Shown here piece by piece: positions 13,850 through 27,960 of a DNA stretch of 64,000 nucleotides. Made by a program: the position numbers and the translations under genes. The DNA is from the human T2T-CHM13v2.0 reference genome, Homo sapiens. The DNA lies in NCBI RefSeq assembly GCF_009914755.1, contig NC_060937.1; one strand, given 5' to 3'. The notes beneath the pieces were generated by a model. That model saw nothing but the letters and a program-made list of their open reading frames with translations. It made no database searches and was not told where the DNA came from. Position 1 is the first letter of the stretch; each line of letters opens with the position of its first letter.

Positions 13850-15250
13850 CTGCTTTAATCGAATGTAGTGCTTACTGCCTTAAATTCTGTTTTGCTCAAT
13901 ATTACCAACGATACTATTCTTTTGTTCAAATTTGATTGATAGATCTTTGTTGAATTTCTTATTTTTAGCCTTTAAATGACATATTGCTTTGTAAGCAGCC
14001 ACTTGTTGAATTTTTAAATGCAATCTGAGAATTTCTGACTTTTAAATGAGGTGAGGGAGACAGTTTCATGTTTTATGTAGTAATTCCTATTTTTGATCTC
14101 TTCCTACTTATTTCACTTTTTATTTGTAGCTTTTTGTGATTTAATTTTTTTTTGCTTTTTTTATTTTTGTGTGGAATTTGCCATGTTTTCTTCTATCTTT
14201 AAGTAATTTAAAAGTTTATCACTCAATTTTTAATCATCAGTGCCTATTGCAAAATAGTATACAACATTTCTAATTCTATATTTTCTTAAGTTTTTATAAA
14301 TGACAAGGAATTTTGCCGTTTATGGCTTCATATGCAGTTTCATCCTATATCTTATTCCATTCATAATTAAGTCTTAAGAATTCTCTAAATTGGTTAATAT
14401 TATTAGCAGTAATTCACAAAGTTCTTTAATTATGTCTTCAAATGAGTAGCATTTACTTTGGTAATTAATACAATACTTTATTAATTGTCCAGCGGATTTT
14501 GTAGTGAATATCTTTAGTGAATTTTCTAAGTCTTTGAAGGGATAAGAGTGTCTTATTTTCATGAACAAGTGAAAACGAACAATACCTCAGTTTTGAGTAT
14601 ATGTTCTTCCATTATTGTTACGCTTTTACTTTTTCATAGAGGAACACAAAGAAATCTGACTTATATCTCATAATAGACTACGCTGTCTTCTTAAAAGTAC
14701 ATAGAATACTGTTCTTCATTTGTATATTTTGTCTAAAATGAGGCTCTCAGTTGGATTCAGTTTCTTATTGTTATATAGTACATGAGAATCAAAGATGCTA
14801 TTTCTAGTCCTATTTCTTTTTCATTTCTGAAGTAATCAACTATACTATTTTTGTTCAGAAATGTTATTATTACACATTGGATCCCATTTTCCATTCTTCA
14901 GATGTTTCAACTTCTCACATACTCTTTATTATTTTTAATCCTGGAATTTTCTTAAGTGTACTTTAACTTTGATTGTTTTAACCTTAAGTTCCTGTTAATT
15001 ATATTTTGTAGTTCATATTTTCCAACCTACTTTTATCTTTGGTAAGATATTTTAACCATATTATAATTCTATCTTACACTTCCTGGATATGGTCAATTTT
15101 TGGTTTTATCCTAAGAAATTCACTGCTTTCTACCGTTTTGCAGTACAGAATTTTTTCTTTGACTTTTTTTTTATTTTCCTTGACTATTACTTGATAATCT
15201 TTGATATATGCTACTTGAAGAATATTTACTGAGTACTTTTCCTAGGATAG
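13850..15250 (-). mobile_element. Old, degraded L1M-type LINE fragments
   Basis: Long T-rich tract with L1-like words (TTGCTTTGTAAGCAGC, GCAATCTGAGAATTTCTGACTTTTAAATG); weak. Confidence 0.4.
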
Positions 15251-16911
15251 GTCTTTTACAACACAATCTACCATTATATTAGGAATCTCAATTTATTTTC
15301 AAACAGATTACATTAAATAATTTATACTTAAACAGTAGAGCATTATAATAAAACTTAAAAATTGCAATAAATATTTATAACATGTATGACATTATGCTTT
15401 GCATAATATGTAAAGGTTCTATAATTAAAAGCAATAATAGTAATGAAAAATGAACAACCCCAGGGAAAAAAGACAGAGGGCTTAAACTGATATTACCCCC
15501 AAAAAGCCAAGAAGCCAATAGCAACCTATAAATTTTTCAGCCTTACTTGTGACGAAAAAAATACAACGTCAAATGGCAAAAGATTATCCTTTTTCTAACA
15601 AATTGAGATGTATTAAAATCACTATATTTTGGAGAAAATATTGAAAACTGGGCATTTATAAATACCATTTATTGGGGTATTCTAACTTCCTGGACAGCAT
15701 ATTTGAGTAATAGCATTTTATTTTCTAGGGCTCTTTTGGATGTTTTGAATTTTCTATAACAAAGAACAGAAAGTTGTGAAAAAGAAAAGGTAGTGTGCAT
15801 TTAAGCCTAATAAATGACAAACAGACTTAGGGGAGAGAAAACTGTATCTGGGAAATGGTAGGAAAATATTAGAATAAATAGAATTTAAGCAGAGTCTTTA
15901 AAATTTGGTAAGATTTGTCTGTAAAGACAAAGGAGGGCAAAAGGAATAAGCGATCAGGGAGAAAGTAGTAGTGAAGATTCCAATGATCACAGTGTGTGGG
16001 ATGTTTCTACGAAAATTTGTTGTTTGGGAATTCTACTTGGCTATTTCTAGTAGCAAACTAGAATACAAGGAGCTACTGCTGGAAGGTAGTTAACCTTTTT
16101 TCCCTTTTGTTGAGAAATATGAATATTGGATCTGCTATTAAAAAATAATGGGGAATGGCATATAACTATTCATACCAAAAAATAAAAGTGGCATCATACC
16201 CTAAGACTAACTTCTTCAGGGCTATATTTTCTCAAGGATAAAAGTTACTTTATAGTGGTTGCTACTTCCTATTTCAATCAGATCTGTGGTAAAATATCTC
16301 TGAAGCAGATAGAGATAGATTCAGTGTAAAAAATATACAATTGGAATATAAATAAAAATAGACACACCCCAGTATAGCCCACGTGTTCTCCGTTCTCAGC
16401 AGATTAGCTTAAAAACACAGCTATAATTGTGATCAGAACTAGAAACAAGCCTGATTAGTTTTAAATGACACCAACTAACCACTTCAGTCAACCCTTGTGA
16501 GGCGCATGATTTTACCTAGTTGGTTGGATGGGCGTGAGGCCAGGCATTTGGTAGCTGCTTAGTATGGTTTTAACTGCCTTGTTTCTGAACTACCACCATG
16601 GTGATTCCAAGGCGAGTCCAACAGAAGTTGAGCCTGTGGGAGTGGTTCACAGCATATGCCACAGTGCTTTTCCAGATGTCCAGGGGAATCCGGAGAGGTC
16701 TCTGTCTACATTCACTTCTCCTCTGGAGACAAAACCAATGTGCAAAAGGAGGGAGGAAAGCAAGCAGAAAGCCTACTTAATTACTCTCTGTATGCCTCCA
16801 AACTCCCTGTCTTTGGATCCTCATCTGTAGAGTGAGGAGTACAGAGTTGGCTACTTTGCAAGAATAGAGTGCTGTTTTGCAAGTTACAGCTTTTCAAGTC
16901 CCAAAAAAAGA

Positions 16912-16940
16912 AAAACAAACAAACAAACAAACAAACAAAA
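16912..16940. repeat. (AAAC)n simple repeat
   Basis: Six to seven AAAC units. Confidence 0.9.
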
Positions 16941-17247
16941 AATGCCTAGAAGTAAGAGGAAGCAAGCCTGTATGGAGTGGAGGCAGACTCAGGTTTTCTC
17001 CTCCTGAAATCAGAGGAATGTAGGGGATGTGGCCTCACCACCAATAGTAGCTAGAGGATGTGCTATACTTCATTGTGTTAGTCATTAGGTTTAAAGTTCT
17101 GAGAATACATTATTTTTGTTGAGTTTCAGTTTCTCTCCCATGATTGTGTGTCTGATAACTACTCCTTTTCAAGGTTTTCAGAAAAAAGAAGAAAAAAAAA
17201 ACACCATTTGCTTTGTCCCTGTGGCTATAAGTCCTTTTTACTTGTAA

Positions 17248-17572
<325 letters not shown>

Positions 17573-19159
17573 TTTAGTGGAAGGATTTCTCTTCCTCCCC
17601 CATTGGCCTACCACTTTTCTTTTCTCTCATTTCCATTTTGTTCTCTCACTTAAATTCCAGCCACACCATTCTGATTTGTGTGGTATGTATGTCAGTGTGG
17701 CTTGACATGCCCTTTAATAATTCTCTCAGGCTGTATTTTCTCTGACAGTATTTCTAATATACTATTAATCAGCTCTATTGTTTCTGATGAGCATACTGAG
17801 TATAATAGTCCAGAAAAAAATCTATGAACTCTAATTCTGATTGTAATGTTGTGATTTGGATTCTAGGAGTAAGTTGGTTCCGAGTAAGTAGAGGACCACA
17901 TAGACTGTATAATTTTCAATCTATTTTAGGTCACAAGACCCTGCTAGGTTCTTCCTATGGTAAACAAGCCATCTTACAAAATACAGTATGGAGGAGTTAG
18001 ATGATGTTTCAGAGCTCATGTTCGTCTGCAATATGCACTTCCAGCAGTTTCTTAGAAGACATGCCATCTTCAGGAGCTCAGCAGGGCTCTCCTTATGTAA
18101 GTCAAGGCTGAGATGTTTCAAATTATATGTCAGGCAAATGCTATGCTCTTCACACAAGAGATGAACTGTTGCTTCTCTATGTGTTTTACATTAAAAAAAA
18201 AAAAGAAAAAAAAAGAAAATGCCTAAGGTAGCACTTAGGAATAATCGGTTGCAATCTATTACCACTGGCAACATTATAATTTTAGCTATTGAATAGCTCA
18301 GGAAAACCACCACAGAATCTAATTGATATCTTTGGGAAAGGTTTGATTACTTGGCTGTTGAGGAGTGTAGTAGTCTGCCTGTTACAGAGTTGCATGTTGA
18401 AAGGGCATCTGTCAGCGTGGGTGAGGAGTTCCAGAAACGTGTTCTCTGCTGTCATCCCCACAGGACCTGAGGACCTAAAGGCCTGACTCATGCCACTGAT
18501 GGCTGCAACATTTATGGGACAGGCTGCATGTCTTTTATTGGGAGACAATTACTGGGGTAGTGCTGAGGCATGACTGAGCCTCTGGGCACAGTAGCTGTCA
18601 TCCCTACTGCCGAGGTTTGTGAATTAATGATCAGATGGATTCAGCGGGTTGCACAACATTAACTTTACATTGTCAGCACCCCTGTGAGTGTCCAACAGTC
18701 TCCCCTTTACATCCTTTCTTTCATTCTCAGTCTGAATTTAGAAGAATAAACACTTTTTAGATAACCTGCTTCCTTAGTTTTAAGCTACTGAAAGAGCCTG
18801 AGTAGGGATATTAAGAGGGAGTTCTTGCTTGCACTCTGGTAGGCTTTGGTGATGACATATTCAGAATGGATTATTCCTTGCCCCCAGCTTCCTCATGATT
18901 GACACAGTAAGAGACCCTGTTACTTCCCTGACCATAGTGTCTCGTTACTTAGTGTTGGCGGAATGTCTTCCATGTCACTTCAGTGAACATTTATATATAA
19001 CCATTTCTTTACCGCATGGTTCTAACACAACTAACAACACTGTCAGCTTTTCCTCGGCATGTGCGTATGTATGTATGTCTGTGTGTGTGTTTGAAATAAT
19101 TAGCAAATAAGATATCATGCTTATCTACAGTAACACAACAAGAAGTAGAATATGTTTTT

Positions 19160-19528
19160 TATAATTTTATTTATTTTAGGTTTTAAATTTTTATTTTTAA
19201 TTTTTATGGGTACATAGTAGGTGTATGTATTTATGGAGTACATGAGATATTTCCATACAGGCATGCAATGTGTAATAAGCACATCATGAAGAATGCGGTA
19301 TCCATCTCCTCAAGCATTTATCTTTGGTGTTAGAAACAATCCAGTTATACTTTCAGTTATTTTAAAATGTACAATTGAGTTATTGACTATAATCACCCAG
19401 TTTTGCTATCAAACAGTAGGTCTTGTTCATCTTTCTATGTTTTTTGTGCCCATTAACCTTCCCCCAACCCCTCCACCAACCACCCACCACCCTTCCCAGC
19501 CTCTGGTAATCATCCTTTCACTCTCTGT
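19160..19528 (-). mobile_element. L1MA 3' end fragment
   Basis: TTTTTATGGGTACATAGTAGGTGTATGTATTTATGGAGTACATGAGATA...CCCTTCCCAGCCTCTGGTAATCATCCTT, typical L1MA 3' UTR. Confidence 0.88.
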
Positions 19529-19529
19529 C

Positions 19530-19709
<180 letters not shown>

Positions 19710-21929
19710 TAATATTCTGGGCTGAAATTAATTTAAGGAGACTGCACATGTGGAGACTGAGTATGTGATAGAAGGAGCAGAGTGAAGGGGTAGCAGGCGG
19801 CTTGGCAACCAGGGCTTCCTTGGAAGCCAGCATGCCCTGTTTTATCTTTAATATTCTTGTGACAATTTAAACCATATTATAAGGTATTTTCAAACTTTCT
19901 CCTCTTCCCAGTGAAGATTATTTTTGGAGGAAAAGATAGTTTCTCCCCAATTTTTACCTAATATGTCAATTAAACTGGAGATATTTATATTAGCTCCAAA
20001 GAGAGGACATTAGTAACAGTTAGAACCTATATTATTTTGAAGTATTCCATCTAATTTAGAATCTTGGCAATCAGCTAAGCCATTTTTTATTCTCTTTTCC
20101 TACTTACAGGTATAATATTGATTCTTAACACCTACTAATTGTGAGACCTTCCAAAATGCTTGTATCCCTTCCTCTGTGTTGCCTTTAGAATGAAAACAAC
20201 TTACCCAGCTAAAAGAGATAAATAATTAATCGCTTATTCCCAGTACAAGAAAATGACACATATGGCTGAGTAGCAGGGTGCATTAGGTAAAGAGCTGTCA
20301 AAGGGTACCCTTTATTCCAAAATGTTAAAGAATGCTATTTTCCCCTACACTTAGAATCAGAGTACCAGTAAGTATTGATAGGAGTAAAACCCATCACAGT
20401 GCTAAATAAAAGGAAGTCTAGAGAGGCATAGAATAGAGCCAATTTTTTATTTAAAAAAAAAAAACTAAAATCGATGGAACTACTGTTCTCATAAACAGAA
20501 ACATAATTAATTGCATTCCTATTTAGATTCTGTTCCCTGATTTAAGTTAATGTTAATAACCTTTGAGGCCACCCAAATTGGTCTGGAATCCACTTGGCTA
20601 CTACAAAGCCTGAGCATGAATCTAGCACAGTCCCATGATACAGATCTTCGGGAACTCCTGAGTTAATCCCAAGGGGCTGAGTTAAAATTCATAAGTATAC
20701 CAGTTTCTATAGACTGGATAAATATTATTTTACACGTACATGTACTAATTTTTAAATGTAGACAGGTACTTTTACAATTGATAAAATACAGACTCATATC
20801 ATTTTATTCTTAAACATGTATAGCTTTGTTTTCTTTTGTCATTGTGCATTGTGTCAATCAACAGTTTCTAAACATATAGCAAGTGTGGGTTTCCAAAATA
20901 TTTTTGCCATTTGAAGAGATCCTCATATTCCAGAAGATTAGGACCCACCACAATGTAGAAGATCTGGACCTTGCCAGCAGGAAGGTAGTGCAAGCTACCC
21001 TGACACACGGAGTGAGATTTTCCCTGGAGGAAGCATCCTCCTTCAGTGATGGCCGATGGATTTTACAGGAAATGCTGGAGGCCATGGTGGCCCCCACTGC
21101 AAAAAAATCCACCACTTTTGCCTCCTATAGAAGCAGCTCTGAGCTACTTCTACTTCTGTGCAAAAGAGACTAAGTAAATACAGATTATGTGGCAGGAATT
21201 TTAGAGCTCTGGAAAGGCCCTATTGTCATTTGAAATTCTTCTCACTCACTGAAATTCACTTTAGCTCATGGATTTGATCCCTTTTAAGACAGATGCCCTA
21301 GGGAGAGGTTAGCACTTTGCTTTTGTATCATTGTTTATTTCTTTGTGTCAATAGTTGGTTTTAGAACGTTGGGCATTTGAAGTGTATGAATACTATCTGC
21401 TAAAAGGGTTAAAAAGAGATTCTAAAACCTGTGAAGGTTCATTTGCTCCACATTTTGTCCACACATTCTGTTCTTCCATAAGTTGAGCCATCGTAGTGAA
21501 TAGCATTGCCTTTCAACATTTTGAAAGAAAGATTCATTTATACATAAAAATAGAGTCTATGACAGACATACAATGTTCATCATTGTATGTTATACATTCA
21601 ACAATATGCTTTAAAGAACAGAATTTTTTTGAAATCTAGAAGAATTTCACTTTATAGAGTCAGAGCATTTTTGTGTAAGAGAGATGTGCTGGAGGAATCC
21701 TCTACTGTTATATCTTTTGTTCCACCAATAACTTTATCTCAGAAATTGATTTGCTCTGTGATGGAGAAAAATAGCTTACATTTTTAGTGGAAGAGGTGTA
21801 TATTTTGTTGGCATTCTATCTCTATTTCTTTTTTCATTCCCAGTAAGTTTTAAAGAGGGTAAACTGCAGCAGTGTCCATGAGAATCATCACTGGGATTCT
21901 ACGTAGGCTCCACCATGGTGAGAACAGTG

Positions 21930-22125
21930 TGTCAATCAAGATGTTCTTAGCATTTGGAGCAAGGCAGTTATTAATTGTTTAGGATTAAATTGCACACTTC
22001 AGGATGTTTGGCACCCTGGTCACCATATTCCAGGAGTAACTTGGGGTCATTGTGACACCAAATAACACCCCCACCCATTTTCTTACACTACAGAGAAGAG
22101 TACCACCCTGGTTGAAATATCACAG
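21930..22125. mobile_element. MER20-like hAT-Charlie MITE
   Basis: CAGGATGTTTGGCACCCTGG...CATTGTGACACCAAATAACACCCCC...CCCTGGTTGAAATATCAC. Confidence 0.55.
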
Positions 22126-24759
22126 TGCAGTCTCTTCCCAAAGACAGAAATGTACTTCCGGACATGCTGGTCAGAGGCCATCTACAGAGCTGAGCTAGCT
22201 TTCTTGTGGTGATTACAAAATGGCCACCATATAATTCCTGTCCCAAAAGCCTTGGGACTTTATTCAAGGACTACTTTTAATTACTCTATTTGTGTGCCTG
22301 CTGGATACTGGGGTGTTATGTTTGTTCTGTGATGAGAATTCACCAATGCCAAGGCAGAAGCATGAGAATGCTGCTTAATTTTACACAGATGGGGTTAATC
22401 TTTGTAGCGCTTTGTGTACAGAACTGGCTTTTCCCTGCTGTTGGGGGCATAAGAGATGAAGCCCTAAGAAATGAATCACTTTTCTTTTCCTTTATTCAAA
22501 CTTCCCAATCTTTTCAGCTATACTTGGGCTTTCAAAGTGCTACTGATAAGCTGGCAATTTTGTTTTAGAGGCTTGATAGGGAGTGGGAGATTAAATACTG
22601 CAAACTGTGAGCAGTAACACTGTCCCTTAGGCAAATAAATGAGAACACTTCCAAAGAGATGTAAAATTGGTTTTCCAGACTTAAGTTCCACAACCCGTTT
22701 AATAGAGCTTGTGAAAATATACTCTAATTGCTCTGTGGCACATTTTACATCGCAAAGATTCTACTTCAAACCCTTTATGACTCCCTTGTTCTACAGGTAT
22801 ATGTTTATGTTATGACAGATACCTCTAATTAGCTAAACAAGAAAAACCAACCAAATAATTCCCCACATGGAAATTAAGGCTTTTGGACCAAGATCTTAAT
22901 GCCAGCCCTCTGTTTTGTTCCTAAGTCTCCCTACAGGCCCATGTATGTTCATAAATACACATAAGCAGTGATTGTCTGAAACCTGGTTCATGGAGACGTC
23001 AGAGTTCCAGAGTCTGTGAATTCACAGTGGGAATGGGAGATTGGAGCTTCTATTGCACAGGCCCAGCACAGTCTGTCAGCAGATTGTAAAGGGGGCATCC
23101 GGGCCTTTGAGCCTTCTCTGAGACACCCACAGAAGGTTGTAGCTTGGAGCAGCACAATGAATCAGTAACAGAGAACTCAGGTGTTAGGAGGCATTATTGC
23201 CAGCTGCCTAGAGTTTTCTGTTACTGAGATCTATGGGAGCAGTGAGAAGCAGCGGACACTTCTATTCTTGTTCAGCCACAGAGGATTAGAGCAAAATAAC
23301 CTCCCTTTGTCAGTGAACATTGCTTGGTTATTCCTATCTGTGAGTCCTTTCAGAGCTCACATCTCTAACTCTCCTTGTTCATCTCTTTCTAGGGGATAAT
23401 AATTCCATGTCAAATGCTTGAGTCCTACAAGTCAACTCCTCAATTCCTAGACCAGTCTATGACCAGCAGTAGTAGGAATGACTCCAGCAAGGATTCTGAA
23501 GGAAGAGATTTTTTGTCTGAATTCAGGCACTGTGGATTCTGCCATTTAGGCCACCTATGAATGCTTCACATAGGGCTGGATAAGCTGGGTTCAGAAAGGC
23601 CAAATGTGCACCTTATATAGGAAAAGAAAACAGAAATGGATAATTAGGGTTTCTATTTGTGTTGCTAATATCTTCAGGGACTGAAAAATCTCCAAGGCCC
23701 CCTCCAGGACTAAAGTTGTGCTATTCTAAATTACATCCAGTCACTGTTCCTGTAAGCAGTCATTTCATATTTTCCCATTTTTTCCTCACTTCTAAGGCAC
23801 TAATTCCCTGATCTCACATAATGTCAAATAACAGGTTTGTGGATATGGAAGTGCAACCACATTAACTGAATTTGGTCCTGGAATTGCCAATCTGCTCACA
23901 TTGCATTGTTTTAGTTCAGTAGGCAGAGCTTCACATCAGCTAACTTTGAAATGACTTTGATTTTCAGGGCTCAAAAATAAACAAAAAGAGGCAACAGGGC
24001 AGCTGTCTGAGGTGCAACAGTTCACAGTAGAGGGAGAGGAAGTTAGAAAAGTTCCCTGAGAAGGAAGTGTCGGCAAGTGTTATGACTGAGGTATTGAGGG
24101 AGAAAGTCTCCACCAATGTATCCAGGTTTATTTCTTTCTCCAATTCAACTTCAGATTTGAGTACAGTCTTTCCTCTCTCTCCCTGTCTCTCTGTCTCTGG
24201 GATATCTATGTATCTATGGAGATACAGATTTGATTTATATACATATCAATCTATAAAATATACATATTGTCCTGAGTGTTTTGATAATAATCTCTGTAGA
24301 TAATTTATATAGTTTATGAATATATATATAAACTTTTGTTAGTAGAAAATTCCCACATCAATAGGTATATTTATCTACACATATAGGCCTTTTTTTTTTC
24401 CTTCTTAAGGATGCCAAGGGTTATGTTTTCTTCCTTTTCTTTTTGAGCATGAAAGGGTCACCCTGGATACCTGCCCTTTCTCTTCAAACACCATAGAAGT
24501 TGAACACTGAATCAGCTGTCTCTGCAGTGCTAATGTTGACTTCACTTCCTTTTGACCTACTGGCATTTCCTAAATGTGTCATCATTTTCTAATTTCCTGT
24601 GTTCTTGTTCGCAGGTTTAATTTTTAATGTGGGGCTCTCTATGATCTATCTGACTCCTGCATTTCTTTTGAATCCCAGACCCCACTTCTTTTCTCCTGCC
24701 TCTGAGCCTTAAGTTCTAACCTACAGTTTTTCCGTTCTCTTTTTGCATTTTCTTTCTCT

Positions 24760-25080
24760 TTTGTTTCTCCTGTCTAGAGTAACCACTCCTCTGAATTTAA
24801 CAGGCCCCCTTCCATTAAGCTGCAAGATACAGCCCAAGGATCTCCTCTGGCAGATAAGTCTGTCTTACCTCCCAGAGAGGCAATGTCATCCTTTTTTGTG
24901 CTAATGTGGTCTGTTGTATATTTGCTGATTATAACACTTCTCTGGCTACATCATAATATGTTTTCAAGCTTGCCTCCCTTTCCAGACTTACCATCCTGAG
25001 GACAATATACTTTATTCAGTAGTGTCCCCATATGTATCCCCCACTTGGGTTATGTGTGGCACAGAGTAGCTGTGTTTTGA
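24760..25080 (+). mobile_element. L2 3' fragment
   Basis: TTGCCTCCCTTTCCAGACT...GAGGACAA...GTGTCCCC...TGGCACAGAGTAG, degraded L2 end. Confidence 0.5.
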
Positions 25081-25799
25081 AGCAAAGTGACTAGAGAAGA
25101 GACCAGCACCTCACACTGATTCCTATGTCAGCATTGAAGGATACATTATTTTACCTTTATGGGAGACCTCATTAATGGCTGTTACTCTCAGTCGATATGA
25201 CAAGAATACCTAAAGTTTACATCAGGCATTTTGAGCTATTCTGTGGGTTTATAAGGAAGATTTTATATACATGCTACAAAATCAATATAGCTTCTTGTTT
25301 TCCTATTGCCATAACTCACCTTACATCGGATTTCAGATTTAGTAAGTATGGCCTTGATCTTTAGTTTCAGTGGTAGGATCTAAGAAGAAAATCCTGATTT
25401 GATGTGAACCTAATATTTTCCTAAATATCTTATTTTCAGAATTTCCTCCTATTAAACTAAGTGCTTAAAAACTATAGTAATATCTTAATTTCCAATAATC
25501 AGTGAGACAAGTTCAAACTAACCCACCCAAACAAACTGTAAATTCCATTGTGGCAGAAAGGTAGGCTGTTCTTGGGGACACAGGTCTGGAACTCCATGTT
25601 TTCTGATTCCTTGATCATGGTTCCAGTAATATATGTTGACTCTATGATCTAGAATGTACCGTCAGGTGTAGAAGGAAAATATGAGAAGTGCTGCAGTGTG
25701 GTAGATACCCTGTTTAAGTAATGCTGTCCCCCTTCAGCTTGACAGAAAGAGAAAAGGAAAAAAATGCTGAGAAAACAAAAAAAAAAAAATCGTGAATAA

Positions 25800-26030
25800 C
25801 AGGGGCATTAGTTGAATTATTTTATGTGCCACACAATGTAATAAGTGTCATACAGGTATTAATGAAATTGATTTTTTACAGAAAGCTAAGAAATAGGTGG
25901 TACTGTGTATGATTCCCATTTCATTCATAGAAAGGCTGAGGCTTAGAAATATTAAGTAACTAATAGTCCAGTGCAAGACAGCCAGCAATGGCACCAAGCC
26001 ACTGAATGCAAGGCCCTTTCTCTTGACCAC
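25800..26030 (-). mobile_element. MIR SINE
   Basis: Core CCCATTTCATTCATAGAAAGGCTGAGGCTTAGAAATATTAAGTAAC. Confidence 0.65.
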
Positions 26031-27261
26031 CATGTTAAGCCGCTTCTCAGGATTGGAGAATACCCAAAAGGCATCTTAGGGATTTTAAGAGTTAATTACA
26101 CCCTGAGCACACCTAGAGACAGCAAGAGGTCAATGGACGTTCCTCTCACACCTGGAGTAAGAGAGGATTTGATTTTGCCGGGAGCTAGAAGAGAAACTAT
26201 GTGAACTCACCTTCTGGGAGCCTGGCTTGGTCCTCAGGCAACTTCAAGCTTCAGAGCTCGGAGGGCATCCAGAGCATGGCCTGCACAGGATCAGGGTGGA
26301 CTAATGGGCAGGAAATGGCCAAGCCTTCTCCCTTAGACCTGACTATCTAAAAATGCCATGTCAATTGTATTCTCAACAAGGGTCCAGGCTGCCACCCCAA
26401 AGACTCACCACTCAATAAAATATGCTGTATATATACATGCCGAAGTAAATCAATATACCAACCTTTGATATGCTTTCTCCTGCATTCACCTAAAAATTCT
26501 AGCAAATGATTACATGTTCATTTCCTTACTGGATTTGAAACTTGCCTTTTTGTTCCTCTAGTTATGTATGCTTTTGAATTGCAACTGCTCAGCATCTTTT
26601 AAAGTTTGTAAAGCACCATGAAAAATCATTGAAATGAAAAGCACTAAAATATGTAAATTGTTGCTATTGTTCTTAAGTGCTTCTTAACATAGGATATGAT
26701 CATTTCTAAGACAAAGTATGATTTCTTTCATGTCCACAGTGATTATGTTTACAGCATGGGATCAGTCTTCAATATATGAGCAGTATTACTTTTGTAAAGT
26801 TAAAGAAAAGTTGCTTTAAACTTTTGAAATTTATATTGCATTTTCATTAACCTTTTTTTCTCATGCCTTTATTTTTATTCTCTATTTTTGAAGAAAATGA
26901 TCAGTTTGCAGAAATTGCAAAGGCATGCTGTAGTAAAATTGTCAGTAAATAACTATGAATTAGGCACTGCATTATAAACTCTGATTTTAAAAAGCAGTTT
27001 AATTTTCTTTTAGTGTGAAATATAACAAATATTGATTTGGGAGGGATTGCACTCTGCTATGTAGTATATGAGCAAAGAGTTTCAAAGTTAGTTTTTTAAT
27101 AGAGACAGATTAGAAACTAGCACATGGAGGCACATCTTCAGTTTGCAGGAAATTTATTTTTCAGAAGTCTGTGTCATGCTTAAGACAATTAAGTCTTCTC
27201 CCTCCTACCCCACCCCTATCTCCTGCTATACCTGTGAAAAATAATTTGTTAAGCTTTGCTT

Positions 27262-27476
27262 TTTAGTTTTAAAATTTTTAAATAGAGACAGGGTCGTCTT
27301 GCTCTGGTGCCCAGGCTGGAGTGCAGTGGTGCAATCATAGCTCCCTGCAACCTAGAGCTCCTAGACTCAAGTGATCCTCCTACCTCAGCTAGGACTACAG
27401 GCATGCACCACCACACCGGGCTAATTTTTTAAAATTATTGTTTGTAGAGACAGGGTATTGCTATGTTGCACAGGCT
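27262..27476 (-). mobile_element. 5'-truncated AluJ
   Basis: Right arm plus part of left arm, ending TTGCTATGTTGCACAGGCTG. Confidence 0.88.
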
Positions 27477-27479
27477 GCT

Positions 27480-27960
27480 ATTTTTTATTTTTAATGAAAA
27501 ATTATTAATTAGATATATTTATGGGGTACAGTGTAATTTTCAATATATGTATGTACTGTAGAATAATCAAATAAGCATAATTAACACATTAGTCATCTGA
27601 AATACTATCATTTTTTTGTGATGAGAACATTTAAAATCCACTCTTTTAGCTTTTTGGAAATATACATTATTATTAACCATAGTTGCCATCTGTCCAATAG
27701 AACACCAGAAGTCATTCCTCCCATCTAACTAAAACTTCGTACATTTTCACCAGTGTCTTTCCTTTCTCCATTGACTCTCCTTTTCCCCTTCCTCCCGTCA
27801 GCCTCTGGTAATCACTGTTCTACTCTCAATCTCTGAAAGTTTGATTTTTTACACCCCACACATAAGTGAGATTCTGTGATATTTGTCTTTCTGTCCCTGG
27901 CTTATTTCACTTAATGTAAGGTTCATCCATGTTGTCACAAATGACAGAATTTCCTTTAAA
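27480..27960 (-). mobile_element. L1MA 3' end fragment
   Basis: TATATTTATGGGGTACAGTG...GAGAACATTTAAAATCCACTC...CAGCCTCTGGTAATCAC...CATCCATGTTGTCACAAATGACAG. Confidence 0.88.

Noticed and set aside
26152-26210. Minus-strand intron between the 26210 donor and a strong acceptor near 26152
   Set aside because: About 60 nt, below the usual minimum human intron length
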